Positions 24,301 through 39,300 of a stretch of DNA of 64,000 nucleotides are shown here, piece after piece; positions within the stretch are counted from its first letter, which is position 1, and the number at the start of each line of letters is the position of its first letter. The notes under the pieces were generated by a model, which was not told where the DNA came from, made no database searches, and saw only the letters and a program-made list of their open reading frames with translations. This DNA is from Haplodiscus bocki. Taxonomy: Eukaryota. Location: assembly GCA_965655095.1 (NCBI GenBank), contig OZ296652.1, positions 57,660,001 to 57,724,000 on the forward strand, given 5' to 3'. Both the position numbers and the translations under genes were made by a program.

Positions 24301-27300
24301 TGGCAAAATCTCTCCCGAACGAATTCTATTTTCCAGGCTACATGGCTAAAATCGAAAAAACTATCAACGCAACTGGAAACCACATTCTGACGAACTGGAA
24401 TTCTTTCACCCTGGCTAAGCAAGGAGTTAGCCAATTTTAGAGGTAGTTCTCAGAAAAGTAAGATTGTCACCGTATTAAACACATTACGAAGTAGGCTGAA
24501 AAACTGAAGTTTTAAAGCTCAAAAAAACTCCATAACTCTTTGAACGGCAAAAAAACATAGTGTGTGACACTCTGATTTATCTTGTTAAACTTCTGGAAAA
24601 TCTGATCCATATTCGAAGCTAGACCTTTGAGTACATAAATTCAAACAAGCTGAGTTTTCAGGTTCCTCTCTCGCAAAAATTGATCAATAAAATTGAACTG
24701 AACCAAAAGTTATTTTACTGGAAACTTCTGTTCCCCTGTTCTTTTCGAGCCTTAAGTGTCAATTGCAGACATAGGTTCAGGATATAAAACGAAACAATTG
24801 CAAAACCAAGAAATGCTGCAACCCCAACTTTTTCCGTCAAACATCCTATCGAATTGCTTCCACAGCGACTCAAAAACTTTTAGAGACATATTGGAGTGTC
24901 ATTGCTTCGCTATGTGAAGTTTTTGCCAATTGCAGAAGGACTTCCACGAGATCAAAAAAGATTTAACCAAGTTTCTTGCTTAGTATCAAAAAACGCTGAA
25001 TCTTGAGCTTTTTTCGCAAAAAGACTCATGAAACCCTCTGGCCGCATGGAAAATTTTTCTGAAGAATGGAGCTTCATCTTTGTGTCTTATCCAATGTAGG
25101 ATCAATCACAGAGATAGCTGCCAGTTGATAGAAGACAAACTGACGAGATTTGATCGTAACAACTTCTTCGTTGGAGCACTTTGAGGAACACTCGGTTCAC
25201 AAATTTCATGCCCGCAACTAAACGATTTTATCGGCAAAAAAGTTTTTCCTGCGATGGTTGTGCAAACTTGGGAGTCGTTTGCATACGTAGCGTCCAGGAT
25301 AAAAGACTGGAAAATACGACGATTCTCATCAAAGCCTGAAAAATCTAAGAATTGAGCCTTCAGCGGAAATCGGTCCTTGGTTTTTTTGCCAGCAACAATA
25401 AGCGTTCTTCTGATGAAAGGCCTTACCAGTACGCACATATGAAACTTTAGTCGCTTGGAGACCAATTTCACAGGGAAAAAAATCCGAATTTTCCGTAATG
25501 TCTTCATTAAAGCCAGAAATTGCTGAGTTTTCCAAAGTATTCTGCAAAACAACTCATACAAAATTGTTAACATCAACTGGAACTGTTTCTCTGAAACAAC
25601 GATCTCTATAGTATGCCTACTCAAAACTGAAGTCACTGGCTGAACTAGCGTCTAAGAGACAAAGTATAAATTGGCAAAATCTCTCCCGAACGAATTCTAT
25701 TTTCCAGGCTACATGGCTAAAATCGAAAAAACTATCAACGCAACTGGAAACCACATTCTGACAAACTGGAATTCTTTCACCCTGGCTAAGCAAGAAGTTA
25801 GCCAATTTTAGAGTTAGTTCTCAGAAAAGTAGGATTGTCACCGTATTAAGCACATTACGAAGTAGGCTGAAAAACTGAAGTTTTAAAGCTCAAAAAAACT
25901 CCATAACTCTTTGAACGGCAAAAAATTATAGTGTGTGACACTCTGATTTATCTTGTTAAACTTCTGGGAAAACTGATCCATATTCGAAGCTAGACGTATG
26001 AGTACATAAATTCAAACAAGATGAGTTTTCAGGTTGCTCTCTCGCAAAAATTGATCAAAAAAATTGAACTGAACCAAAAGTTATTTTACTGGAAACTTCT
26101 GTTTCCCTGTTCTTTTCGAGCCTTAAGTGTGAATTGCAGACAGAGGTTCAGCATATAAAACGAAACAATTGCAAAACCAAGAAATGCTGCAACCCCAACT
26201 TTTTCCGTCAAACATCCTATCGAATTGCTTCCACAGCGACTCAAATACTTTTAGAGACAGATTGGAGTGCCATTGCTTCGCTATGTGAAGTTTTTGCCAA
26301 TTGCAGAAGGACTTCCACGAGATCAAAAAAGATTTAACCAAGTTTCTTGCTTAGTATCAAAAAACGCTGAATCTTGAGCTTTTTTCGCAAAAAGACTCAT
26401 GAAAACCTCTGGCCGCATGGAAAAACTCTCCGAAGAATGGAGCTTCATCTCTGTGTCTTATCCAATGTATGATCAATCACAAAGATAGCTGCCAGTTGAT
26501 AGAAGATAAACTGACGAGATTTGATCGTAACAACTTCTTCGTTGGAGCACTTCGAGGAACACTCGCATCACAAACTTCATGCCCGCAACTAAACGATTTT
26601 ATGGGCAAAAAAGTTTTTCCTGCGATGGTTGTGCAAACTTGGGAGTCGTTTGCATAACTAGCGTCCAGGATAAAAGACTGGAAAATACGACGATCCTCAT
26701 CAAAGCCTGAAAAATCTAAGAATTGAGCCTTCAGCGGAAATCGGTCCTTGGTTTTTTTGCCCGCAACAATAAGGGTTCTTCTGATGAAAGGCCTTACCAG
26801 TACGCACATGTGAAACTTTAGTCGCTTGGAGACCAATTTCACAGGGAAAAAAATCAGAATATTCCGTAATGTCTTCATTAAAGCCAGAAATTGCTGAGTT
26901 TTCGAAAGTATTCTGCAAAACAACTCATACAATATTGTTAACATCAACTGGAACTGTTTCTCTGAAACAACGATCTCTATAGTATGCCTACTCAAAACTG
27001 AAGTCACTGGCTGAACTAGCGTCTAAGAGACAAAGTATAAATTGGCAAAATCTCTCCCGAACGAATTCTATTTTCCAGGCTACATGGCTAAAATCGAAAA
27101 AACTATCAACGCAACTGGAAACCACATTCTGACGAACTGGAATTCTTTCACCCTGGCTAAGCAAGGAGTTAGCCAATTTTAGAGGTAGTTCTCAGAAAAG
27201 TAAGATTGTCACCGTATTAAACACATTACGAAGTAGGCTGAAAAACTGAAGTTTTACAGCTCAAAAAAACTCCATAACTCTTTGAACGGCAAAAAAATCA

Positions 27301-30300
27301 TAGTGTGTGACACTCTGATTTATCTTGTTAAACTTCTGGAAAATCTGATCCATATTCGAAGCTAGACGTATGAGTACATGAATCCAAACAATATGAGTTT
27401 TCAGGTTCCTCTCCCGCAAAAATTGATCAAAAAAATTGAACTGAACCAAAAGTTATTTTACTGGAAACTTCTGTTTCCCTGTTCTCTTCGAGCCTTAAGT
27501 GTCAATTGCAGACATAGGTTCAGGATATAAAACGAAACAATTGCAAAACCAAGAAATGCTGCAACCCCAACTTTTTCCGTCAAACATCCTATCGAATTGC
27601 TTCCACAGCGACTCAAATACTTTTAGAGACAGATTGGAGTGCCATTGCTTCGCTATGTGAAGTTTTTGCCAATTGCAGAAGGACTTCCACGAGATCAAAA
27701 AAGATTTAACCAAGTTTCTTGCTTAGTATCAAAAAACGCTGAATCTTGAGCTTTTTTCGCAAAAAGACTCGTGAAAACCTCTGGCCGCATGGAAAAACTC
27801 TCCGAAGAATGGAGCTTCATCTCTGTGTCTTATCCAATGTATGATCAATCACAAAAATAGCTGCCAGTTGATAGAAGATAAACTGACGAGATTTGATCGT
27901 AACAACTTCTTCGTTGGAGCACTTCGAGGAACACTCGCATCACAAACTTCATGCCCGCAACTAAACGATTTTATCGGCAAAAAAGTTTTTCCTGCGATGG
28001 TTGTGCAAACTTGGGAGTCGTTTGCATAACTAGCGTCCAGGATAAAAGACTGGAAAATACGACGATCCTCATCAAAGCCTGAAAAATCTAAGAATTGAGC
28101 CTTCAGCGGAAATCGGTCCTTGGTTTTTTTGCCCGCAACAATAAGGGTTCTTCTGATGAAAGGCCTTACCAGTACGCACATGTGAAACTTTAGTCGCTTG
28201 GAGACCAATTTCACAGGGAAAAAAATCAGAATTTTCCGTAATGTCTTCATTAAAGCCAGAAATTGCTGAGTTTTCCAAAGTATTCTGCAAAACAACTCAT
28301 ACAATATTGTTAACATCAACTGGAACTGTTTCTCTGAAACAACGATCTCTATAGTATGCCTACTCAAAACTGAAGTCACTGGCTGAACTAGCGTCTAAGA
28401 GACAAAGTATAAATTGGCAAAATCTCTCACGAACGAATTCTATTTTCCAGGCTACATGGCTGAAATCGAAAAAACTATCAACGCAACTGGAAACCACATT
28501 CTGACAAACTGGAATTCTTCCACCCTGGCTAAGCAAGAAGTTAGCCAATTTTAGAGTTAGTTCTCAGAAAAGTAGGATTGTCACCGTATTAAACACATTA
28601 CGAAGTAGGCTGAAAAACTGAAGTTTTAAAGCTCAAAAAAACTCCATAACTCTTTGAACGGCAAAAAAAACATAGTGTGTGACACTCTGATTTATCTTGT
28701 TAAACTTCTGGAAAATCTGATCCATATTCGAAGCTAGACCTTTGAGTACATAAATTCAAACAAGATGAGTTTTCAGGTTGCTCTCTCGCAAAAATTGATC
28801 AAAAAAATTGAACTGAACCAAAAGTTATTTTACTGGAAACTTCTGTTTCCCTGTTCTTTTCGAGCCTTAAGTGTCAATTGCAGACAGAGGTTCAGCATAT
28901 AAAACGAAACAATTGCAAAACCAAGAAATGCTGCAACCCCAACTTTTTCCGTCAAACATCCTATCGAATTGCTTCCACAGCGACTCAAAAACTTTTAGAG
29001 ACATATTGGAGTGTCATTGCTTCGCTATGTGAAGTTTTTGCCAATTGCAGAAGGACTTCCACGAGATCAAAAAAGATTTAACCAAGTTTCTTGCTTAGTA
29101 TCAAAAAACGCTGAATCTTGAGCTTTTTTCGCAAAAAGACTCATGAAAACCTCTGGCCGCATGGAAAAACTTTCTGAAGAATGGAGCTTCATCTTTGTGT
29201 CTTATCCAATGTAGGATCAATCACAGAGATAGCTGCCAGTTGATAGAAGACAAACTGACGAGATTTGATCGTAACAACTTCTTCGTTGGAGCACTTTGAG
29301 GAACACTCGCTTCACAAATTTCATGCCCGCAACTAAACGATTTTATCGGCAAAAAAGTTTTTCCTGCGATGGTTTTGCAAACTTGGGAGTCGTTTGCATA
29401 CCTAGCGTCCAGGATAAAAGACTGGAAAATACGACGATCCTCATCAAAGCCTGAAAAATCTAAGAATTGAGCCTTCAGCGGAAATCGGTCCTTGGTTTTT
29501 TTGCCCGCAACAATAAGGGTTCTTCTGATGAAAGGCCTTACCAGTACGCACATGTGAAACTTTAGTCGCTTGGAGACCAATTTCACAGGGAAAAAAATCA
29601 GAATATTCCGTAATGTCTTCATTAAAGCCAGAAATTGCTGAGTTTTCGAAAGTATTCTGCAAAACAACTCATACAATATTGTTAACATCAACTGGAACTG
29701 TTTCTCTGAAACAACGATCTCTATAGTATGCCTACTCAAAACTGAAGTCACTGGCTGAACTAGCGTCTAAGAGACAAAGTATAAATTGGCAAAATCTCTC
29801 CCGAACGAATTCTATTTTCCAGGCTACATGGCTAAAATCGAAAAAACTATCAACGCAACTGGAAACCACATTCTGACAAACTGGAATTCTTTCACCCTGG
29901 CTAAGCAAGAAGTTAGCCAATTTTAGAGGTAGTTCTCAGAAAACTAGGATTGTCACCCTATTAAGCACATTACGAAGTAGGCTGAAAAACTGAAGTTTTA
30001 AAGCTCAAAAAAACTCCATAACTCTTTGAACGGCAAAAAAATTATAGTGTGTGACACTCTGATTTATCTTGTTAAACTTCTGGAAAAACTGATCCATATT
30101 CGAAGCTAGACGTATGAGTACATGAATTCAAACCAGATGAGTTTTCAGGTTCCTCTCTCGCAAAAATTGATCAAAAAAATTGAACTGAACCAAAAGTTAT
30201 TTTACTGGAAACTTCTGTTTCCCTGTTCTTTTCGAGCCTTAAGTGTGAATTGCAGACAGAGGTTCAGCATATAAAACGAAACAATTGCAAAACCAAGAAA

Positions 30301-33300
30301 TGCTGCAACCCCAACTTTTTCCGTCAAACATCCTATCGAATTGCTTCCACAGCGACTCAAATACTTTTAGAGACAGATTGGAGTGCCATTGCTTCGCTAT
30401 GTGAAGTTTTTGCCAATTGCAGAAGGACTTCCACGAGATCAAAAAAGATTTAACCAAGTTTCTTGCTTAGTATCAAAAAACGCTGAATCTTGAGCTTTTT
30501 TCGCAAAAAGACTCATGAAAACCTCTGGCCGCATGGAAAAACTTTCTGAAGAATGGAGCTTCATCTTTGTGTCTTATCCAATGTAGGATCAATCACAGAG
30601 ATAGCTGCCAGTTGATAGAAGACAAACTGACGAGATTTGATCGTAACAACTTCTTCGTTGGAGCACTTTGAGGAACACTCGCTTCACAAATTTCATGCCC
30701 GCAACTAAACGATTTTATCGGCAAAAAAGTTTTTCCTGCGATGGTTTTGCAAACTTGGGAGTCGTTTGCATACCTAGCGTCCAGGATAAAAGACTGGAAA
30801 ATACGACGATCCTCATCAAAGCCTGAAAAATCTAAGAATTGAGCCTTCAGCGGAAATCGGTCCTTGGTTTTTTTGCCCGCAACAATAAGGGTTCTTCTGA
30901 TGAAAGGCCTTACCAGTACGCACATGTGAAACTTTAGTCGCTTGGAGACCAATTTCACAGGGAAAAAAATCAGAATATTCCGTAATGTCTTCATTAAAGC
31001 CAGAAATTGCTGAGTTTTCGAAAGTATTCTGCAAAACAACTCATACAATATTGTTAACATCAACTGGAACTGTTTCTCTGAAACAACGATCTCTATAGTA
31101 TGCCTACTCAAAACTGAAGTCACTGGCTGAACTAGCGTCTAAGAGACAAAGTATAAATTGGCAAAATCACTCCCGAACGAATTCTATTTTCCAGGCTACA
31201 TGGCTAAAATCGAAAAAACTATCAACGCAACTGGAAACCACATTCTGACAAACTGGAATTCTTTCACCCTGGCTAAGCAAGAAGTTAGCCAATTTTAGAG
31301 GTAGTTCTCAGAAAAGTAGGATTGTCACCGTATTAAGCACATTACGAAGTAGGCTGAAAAACTGAAGTTTTAAAGCTCAAAAAAACTCCATAACTCTTTG
31401 AACGGCAAAAAAATTATAGTGTGTGACACTCTGATTTATCTTGTTAAACTTCTGGAAAAACTGATCCATATTCGAAGCTAGACGTATGAGTACATGAATT
31501 CAAACAAGATGAGTTTTCAGGTTCCTCTCTCGCAAAAATTGATCAAAAAAATTGAACTGAACCAAAAGTTATTTTACTGGAAACTTCTGTTTCCCTGTTC
31601 TTTTCGAGCCTTAAGTGTCAATTGCAGACATAGGTTCAGCATATAAAACGAAACAATTGCAAAACCAAGAAATGCTGCAACCCCAACTTTTTCCGTCAAA
31701 CATCCTATCGAATTGCTTCCACAGCGACTCAAATACTTTTAGAGACAGATTGGAGTGTCATTGCTTCGCTATGTGAAGTTTTTGCCAAATGCAGAAGGAC
31801 TTCCACGAGATCAAAAAAGATTTAACCAAGTTTCTTGCTTAGTATCAAAAAACGCTGAATCCTGAGCTTTTATCGCAAAAAGGCTCACGAAAACCTCTGG
31901 CCGCATGGAAAAACTCTCCGAAGAATGGAGCTTTATCTTTGTGTCTTATCCAATGTAGGATCAATCACAGAGATAGCTGCCAGTTGATAGAAGACAAATT
32001 AACGAGATTTGATCGTAACAACTTCTTCGTTGGAGCACTTTGAGGAACACTCGCTTCACAAATTTCATGCCCGCAACTTGACAATTCTATCCACAAAAAA
32101 TGGTTTTTCCAGCGATGCCTGTGCAAACTTGGGAGTCGTTTGCATACCTAGCGTCCAGGATAAAAGACTGGAAAATACGACGATCCTCATCAAAGCCTGA
32201 AAAATCTAAGAATTGAGCCTTCAGCGGAAATCGGTCCTTGGTTTTTTTGCCCGCAACAATAAGGGTTCTTCTGATGAAAGGCCTTACCAGTACGCACATG
32301 TGAAACTTTAGTCGCTTGGAGACCAATTTCACAGGGAAAAAAATCAGAATATTCCGTAATGTCTTCATTAAAGCCAGAAATTGCTGAGTTTTCGAAAGTA
32401 TTCTGCAAAACAACTCATACAATATTGTTAACATCAACTGGAACTGTTTCTCTGAAACAACGATCTCTATAGTATGCCTACTCAAAACTGAAGTCACTGG
32501 CTGAACTAGCGTCTAAGAGACAAAGTATAAATTGGCAAAATCACTCCCGAACGAATTCTATTTTCCAGGCTACATGGCTAAAATCGAAAAAACTATCAAC
32601 GCAACTGGAAACCACATTCTGACAAACTGGAATTCTTTCACCCTGGCTAAGCAAGAAGTTAGCCAATTTTAGAGGTAGTTCTCAGAAAAGTAGGATTGTC
32701 ACCGTATTAAGCACATTACGAAGTAGGCTGAAAAACTGAAGTTTTAAAGCTCAAAAAAACTCCATAACTCTTTGAACGGCAAAAAAATTATAGTGTGTGA
32801 CACTCTGATTTATCTTGTTAAACTTCTGGAAAAACTGATCCATATTCGAAGCTAGACGTATGAGTACATGAATTCAAACAAGATGAGTTTTCAGGTTCCT
32901 CTCTCGCAAAAATTGATCAAAAAAATTGAACTGAACCAAAAGTTATTTTACTGGAAACTTCTGTTTCCCTGTTCTTTTCGAGCCTTAAGTGTCAATTGCA
33001 GACATAGGTTCAGCATATAAAACGAAACAATTGCAAAACCAAGAAATGCTGCAACCCCAACTTTTTCCGTCAAACATCCTATCGAATTGCTTCCACAGCG
33101 ACTCAAATACTTTTAGAGACAGATTGGAGTGTCATTGCTTCGCTATGTGAAGTTTTTGCCAAATGCAGAAGGACTTCCACGAGATCAAAAAAGATTTAAC
33201 CAAGTTTCTTGCTTAGTATCAAAAAACGCTGAATCCTGAGCTTTTATCGCAAAAAGGCTCACGAAAACCTCTGGCCGCATGGAAAAACTCTCCGAAGAAT

Positions 33301-36300
33301 GGAGCTTTATCTTTGTGTCTTATCCAATGTAGGATCAATCACAGAGATAGCTGCCAGTTGATAGAAGACAAATTAACGAGATTTGATCGTAACAACTTCT
33401 TCGTTGGAGCACTTTGAGGAACACTCGCTTCACAAATTTCATGCCCGCAACTAAACGATTTTATCGGCAAAAAAGTTTTTCCTGCGATGGTTGTGCAAAC
33501 TTGGGAGTCGTTTGCATACCTAGCGTCCAGGATAAAAGACTGGAAAATACGACGATTCTCATCAAAGCCTGAAAAATCTAAGAATTGAGCCTTCAGCGGA
33601 AATCGGTCCTTGATTTTATTGCCAGCAACAATAAGCGTTCTTCTGATGAAAGGCCTTACCAGTACGCACATGTGAAACTTTAGTCGCTTGGAGACCAATT
33701 TCACAGGGAAAAAAATCAGACTTTTCCGTAATGTCTTCATTAAAGCCAGAAATTGCTGAGTTTTCGAAAGTATTCTGCAAAACAACTCATACAATATTGT
33801 TAACATCAACTGGAACTGTTTCTCTGAAACAACGATCTCTATAGTATGCCTACTCAGAACTGAAGTCACTGGCTGAACTAGCGTCTAAGAGACAAAGTAT
33901 AAATTGGCAAAATCTCTCCCGAACGAATTCTATTTTCCAGGCTACATGGCTAAAATCGAAAAAACTATCAACGCAACTGGAAACCACATTCTGACAGACT
34001 GGAATTCTTTCACCCTGGCTAAGCAAGAAGTTAGCCAATTTTAGAGGTAGTTCTCAGAAAAGTAAGATTGTCACCGTATTAAACATATTACGAAGTAGGC
34101 TGAAAAACTGAAGTTTTAAAGCTCAAAAAAACTCTTAGAACGGCAAAAAAATTATAGTGTGTGACACTCTGATTTATCTTGTTAAACTTCTGGAAAAACT
34201 GATCCATATTCGAAGCTAGACGTATGAGTACATAAATTCAAACAAGCTGAGTTTTCAGGTTCCTCTCTCGCAAAAATTGATCAAAAAAACTGAACTGAAC
34301 CAAAAGTTATTTTACTGGAAACTTCTGTTTCCCTGTTCTTTTCGAGCCTTAAGTGTCAATTGCAGACATAGGTTCAGCATATAAAACGAAATAATTGCAA
34401 AACCAAGAAATGCTGCAACCCCAAATTTTTCCGTCAAACATCCTATCGAATTGCTTCCACAGCGACTCAAAAACTTTTAGAGACATATTGGAGTGTCATT
34501 GCTTCGCTATGTGAAGTTTTTGCCAATTGCAGAAGGACTTCCACGAGATCAAAAAAGATTTAACCAAGTTTCTTGCTTAGTATCAAAAAACGCTGAATCC
34601 TGAGCTTTTATCGCAAAAAGACTCACGAAAACCTCTGGCCGCATGGAAAAACTCTCCGAAGAATGGAGCTTTATCTTTGTGTCTTATCCAATGTAGGATC
34701 AATCACAGAGATAGCTGCCAGTTGATAGAAGACAAATTAACGAGATTTGATCGTAACAACTTCTTCGTTGGAGCACTTTGAGGAACACTCGCTTCACAAA
34801 TTTCATGCCCGCAACTAAACGATTTTATCGGCAAAAAAGTTTTTCCTGCGATGGTTGTGCAAACTTGGGAGTCGTTTGCATACCTAGCGTCCAGGATAAA
34901 AGACTGGAAAATACGACGATTCTCATCAAAGCCTGAAAAATCTAAGAATTGAGCCTTCAGCGGAAATCGGTCCTTGATTTTATTGCCAGCAACAATAAGC
35001 GTTCTTCTGATGAAAGGCCTTACCAGTACGCACATGTGAAACTTTAGTCGCTTGGAGACCAATTTCACTGGGAAAAAAATCAGACTTTTCCGTAATGTCT
35101 TCATTAAAGCCAGAAATTGCTGAGTTTTCGAAAGTATTCTGCAAAACAACTCATACAATATTGTTAACATCAACTGGAACTGTTTCTCTGAAACAACGAT
35201 CTCTATAGTATGCCTACTCAGAACTGAAGTCACTGGCTGAACTAGCGTCTAAGAGACAAAGTATAAATTGGCAAAATCTCTCCCGAACGAATTCTATTTT
35301 CCAGGCTACATGGCTAAAATCGAAAAAACTATCAACGCAACTGGAAACCACATTCTGACAGACTGGAATTCTTTCACCCTGGCTAAGCAAGAAGTTAGCC
35401 AATTTTAGAGGTAGTTCTCAGAAAAGTAAGATTGTCACCGTATTAAACATATTACGAAGTAGGCTGAAAAACTGAAGTTTTAAAGCTCAAAAAAACTCTT
35501 AGAACGGCAAAAAAATTATAGTGTGTGACACTCTGATTTATCTTGTTAAACTTCTGGAAAAACTGATCCATATTCGAAGCTAGACGTATGAGTACATAAA
35601 TTCAAACAAGCTGAGTTTTCAGGTTCCTCTCTCGCAAAAATTGATCAAAAAAACTGAACTGAACCAAAAGTTATTTTACTGGAAACTTCTGTTTCCCTGT
35701 TCTTTTCGAGCCTTAAGTGTCAATTGCAGACATAGGTTCAGCATATAAAACGAAATAATTGCAAAACCAAGAAATGCTGCAACCCCAAATTTTTCCGTCA
35801 AACATCCTATCGAATTGCTTCCACAGCGACTCAAAAACTTTTAGAGACATATTGGAGTGTCATTGCTTCGCTATGTGAAGTTTTTGCCAATTGCAGAAGG
35901 ACTTCCACGAGATCAAAAAAGATTTAACCAAGTTTCTTGCTTAGTATCAAAAAACGCTGAATCCTGAGCTTTTATCGCAAAAAGACTCATGAAAACCTCT
36001 GGCCGCATGGAAAAACTCTCCGAAGAATGGAGCTTTATCTTTGTGTCTTATCCAATGTAGGATCAATCACAGAGATAGCTGCCAGTTGATAGAAGACAAA
36101 TTAACGAGATTTGATCGTAACAACTTCTTCGTTGGAGCACTTTGAGGAACACTCGCTTCACAAATTTCATGCCCGCAACTAAACGATTTTATCGGCAAAA
36201 AAGTTTTTCCTGCGATGGTTGTGCAAACTTGGGAGTCGTTTGCATACCTAGCGTCCAGGATAAAAGACTGGAAAATACGACGATCCTCATCAAAGCCTGA

Positions 36301-39300
36301 AAAATCTAAGAATTGAGCCTTCAGCGGAAATCGGTCCTTGATTTTATTGCCAGCAACAATAAGCGTTCTTCTGATGAAAGGCCTTACCAGTACGCACATG
36401 TGAAACTTTAGTCGCTTGGAGACCAATTTCACAGGGAAAAAAATCAGACTTTTCCGTAATGTCTTCATTAAAGCCAGAAATTGCTGAGTTTTCGAAAGTA
36501 TTCTGCAAAACAACTCATACAATATTGTTAACATCAACTGGAACTGTTTCTCTGAAACAACGATCTCTATAGTATGCCTACTCAAAACTGAAGTCACTGG
36601 CTGAACTAGCGTCTAAGAGACAAAGTATAAATTGGCAAAATCTCTCACGAACGAATTCTATTTTCCAGGCTACATGGCTGAAATCGAAAAAACTATCAAC
36701 GCAACTGGAAACCACATTCTGACAAACTGCAATTCTTCCACCCTGGCTAAGCAAGAAGTTAGCCAATTTTAGAGTTAGTTCTCAGAAAAGTAGGATTGTC
36801 ACCGTATTAAACACATTACGAAGTAGGCTGAAAAACTGAAGTTTTAAAGCTCAAAAAAACTCCATAACTCTTTGAACGGCAAAAAAATTATAGTGTGTGA
36901 CACTCTGATTTATCTTGTTAAACTTCTGGAAAAACTGATCCATATTCGAAGCTAGACGTATGAGTACATAAATTCAAACAAGCTGAGTCTTCAGGTTCCT
37001 CTCTCGCAAAAATTGATCAATAAAATTGAACTGAACCAAAAGTTATTTTACTGGAAACTTCTGTTTCCCTGTTCTTTTCGAGCCTTAAGTGTCAATTGCA
37101 GACATAGGTTCAGCATATAAAACGAAATAATTGCAAAACCATGAAATGCTGCAACCAACTTCTTCCGTCAAACATCCTATCCAATTGCTTCTACAGCGAC
37201 TCAAAAACTTTCAGAGACATATTGGAGTGTCATTGCTTCGCTATGTGAAGTTTTTGCCAATTGCAGAAGGACTTCCACGAGATCAAAAAAGATTTAACCA
37301 AGTTTCTTGCTTAGTATCAAAAAACGCTGAATCCTGAGCTTTTATCGCAAAAAGACTCACGAAAACCTCTGGCCGCATGGAAAAACTCTCCGAAGAATGG
37401 AGCTTTATCTTTGTGTCTTATCCAATGTAGGATCAATCACAGAGATAGCTGCCAGTTGATAGAAGACAAATTAACGAGATTTGATCGTAACGACTTCTTC
37501 GTTGGAGCACTTTGAAGAACACTCGCTTCACAAATTTCATGCCCGCAACTAAACGATTTTATCGGCAAAAAAGTTTTTCCTGCGATGGTTGTGCAAACTT
37601 GGGAGTCGTTTGCATACCTAGCGTCCAGGATAAAAGACTGGAAAATACGACGATCCTCATCAAAGCCTGAAAAATCTAAGAATTGAGCCTTCAGCGGAAA
37701 TCGGTCCTTGATTTTATTGCCAGCAACAATAAGCGTTCTTCTGATGAAAGGCCTTACCAGTACGCACATGTGAAACTTTAGTCGCTTGGAGACCAATTTC
37801 ACAGGGAAAAAAATCAGACTTTTCCGGAATGTCTTCATTAAAGCCAGAAATTGCTGAGTTTTCGAAAGTATTCTGCAAAACAACTCATACAATATTGTTA
37901 ACATCAACTGGAACTGTTTCTCTGAAACAACGATCTCTATAGTATGCCTACTCAAAACTGAAGTCACTGGCTGAACTAGCGTCTAAGAGACAAAGTATAA
38001 ATTGGCAAAATCTCTCACGAACGAATTCTATTTTCCAGGCTACATGGCTGAAATCGAAAAAACTATCAACGCAACTGGAAACCACATTCTGACAAACTGG
38101 AATTCTTCCACCCTGGCTAAGCAAGAAGTTAGCCAATTTTAGAGTTAGTTCTCAGAAAAGTAGGATTGTCACCGTATTAAACACATTACGAAGTAGGCTG
38201 AAAAACTGAAGTATTAAAGCTCAAAAAAACTCCGTAACTCTTTGAACGGCAAAAAAATTATAGTGTGTGACACTCTGATTTATCTTGTTAAACTTCTGGA
38301 AAAACTGATCCATATTCGAAGCTAGACGTATGAGTACATAAATTCAAACAAGCTGAGTCTTCAGGTTCCTCTCTCGCAAAAATTGATCAATAAAATTGAA
38401 CTGAACCAAAAGTTATTTTACTGGAAACTTCTGTTTCCCTGTTCTTTTCGAGCCTTAAGTGTCAATTGCAGACATAGGTTCAGCATATAAAACGAAATAA
38501 TTGCAAAACCAAGAAATGCTGCAACCAACTTTTTCCGTCAAACATCCTATCCAATTGCTTCTACAGCGACTCAAAAACTTTTACAGACATATTGGAGTGT
38601 CATTGCTTCGCTATGTGAAGTTTTTGCCAATTGCAGAAGGACTTCCACGAGATCAAAAAAGATTTAACCAAGTTTCTTGCTTAGTATCAAAAAACGCTGA
38701 ACCTTGAGCTTTTTTCGCAAAAAGACTCATGAAAACCTCTGGCCGCATGGAAAAACTCTCCGAAGAATGGAGCTTCATCTTTGTGTCTTATCCAATGTAG
38801 GATCAATCACAGAGATAGCTGCCAGTTGATAAAAGACAAATTGACGAGATTTGATCGTAACAACTTCTTCGTTGGAGCACTTTGAGGAACACTCGCATCA
38901 CAAACTTCATGCCCGCAACTAAACGATTTTATCGGCAAAAAAGTTTTTCCTGCGATGGTTGTGCAAACTTGGGAGTCGTTTGCATAACTAGCGTCCAGGA
39001 TAAAAGACTGGAAAATACGACGATCCTCATCAAAGCCTGAAAAATCTAAGAATTGAGCCTTCAGCGGAAATCGGTCCTTGGTTTTTTTGCCCGCAACAAT
39101 AAGGGTTCTTCTGATGAAAGGCCTTACCAGTACGCACATGTGAAACTTCAGTCGCTTGGAGACCAATTTCACAGGGAAAAAATCAGAATTTTCCGTAATG
39201 TCTTCATTAAAGCCAGAAATTGCTGAGTTTTCGAAAGTATTCTGCAAAACAACTCATACAATATTGTTAACATCAACTGGAACTGTTTCTCTGAAACAAC

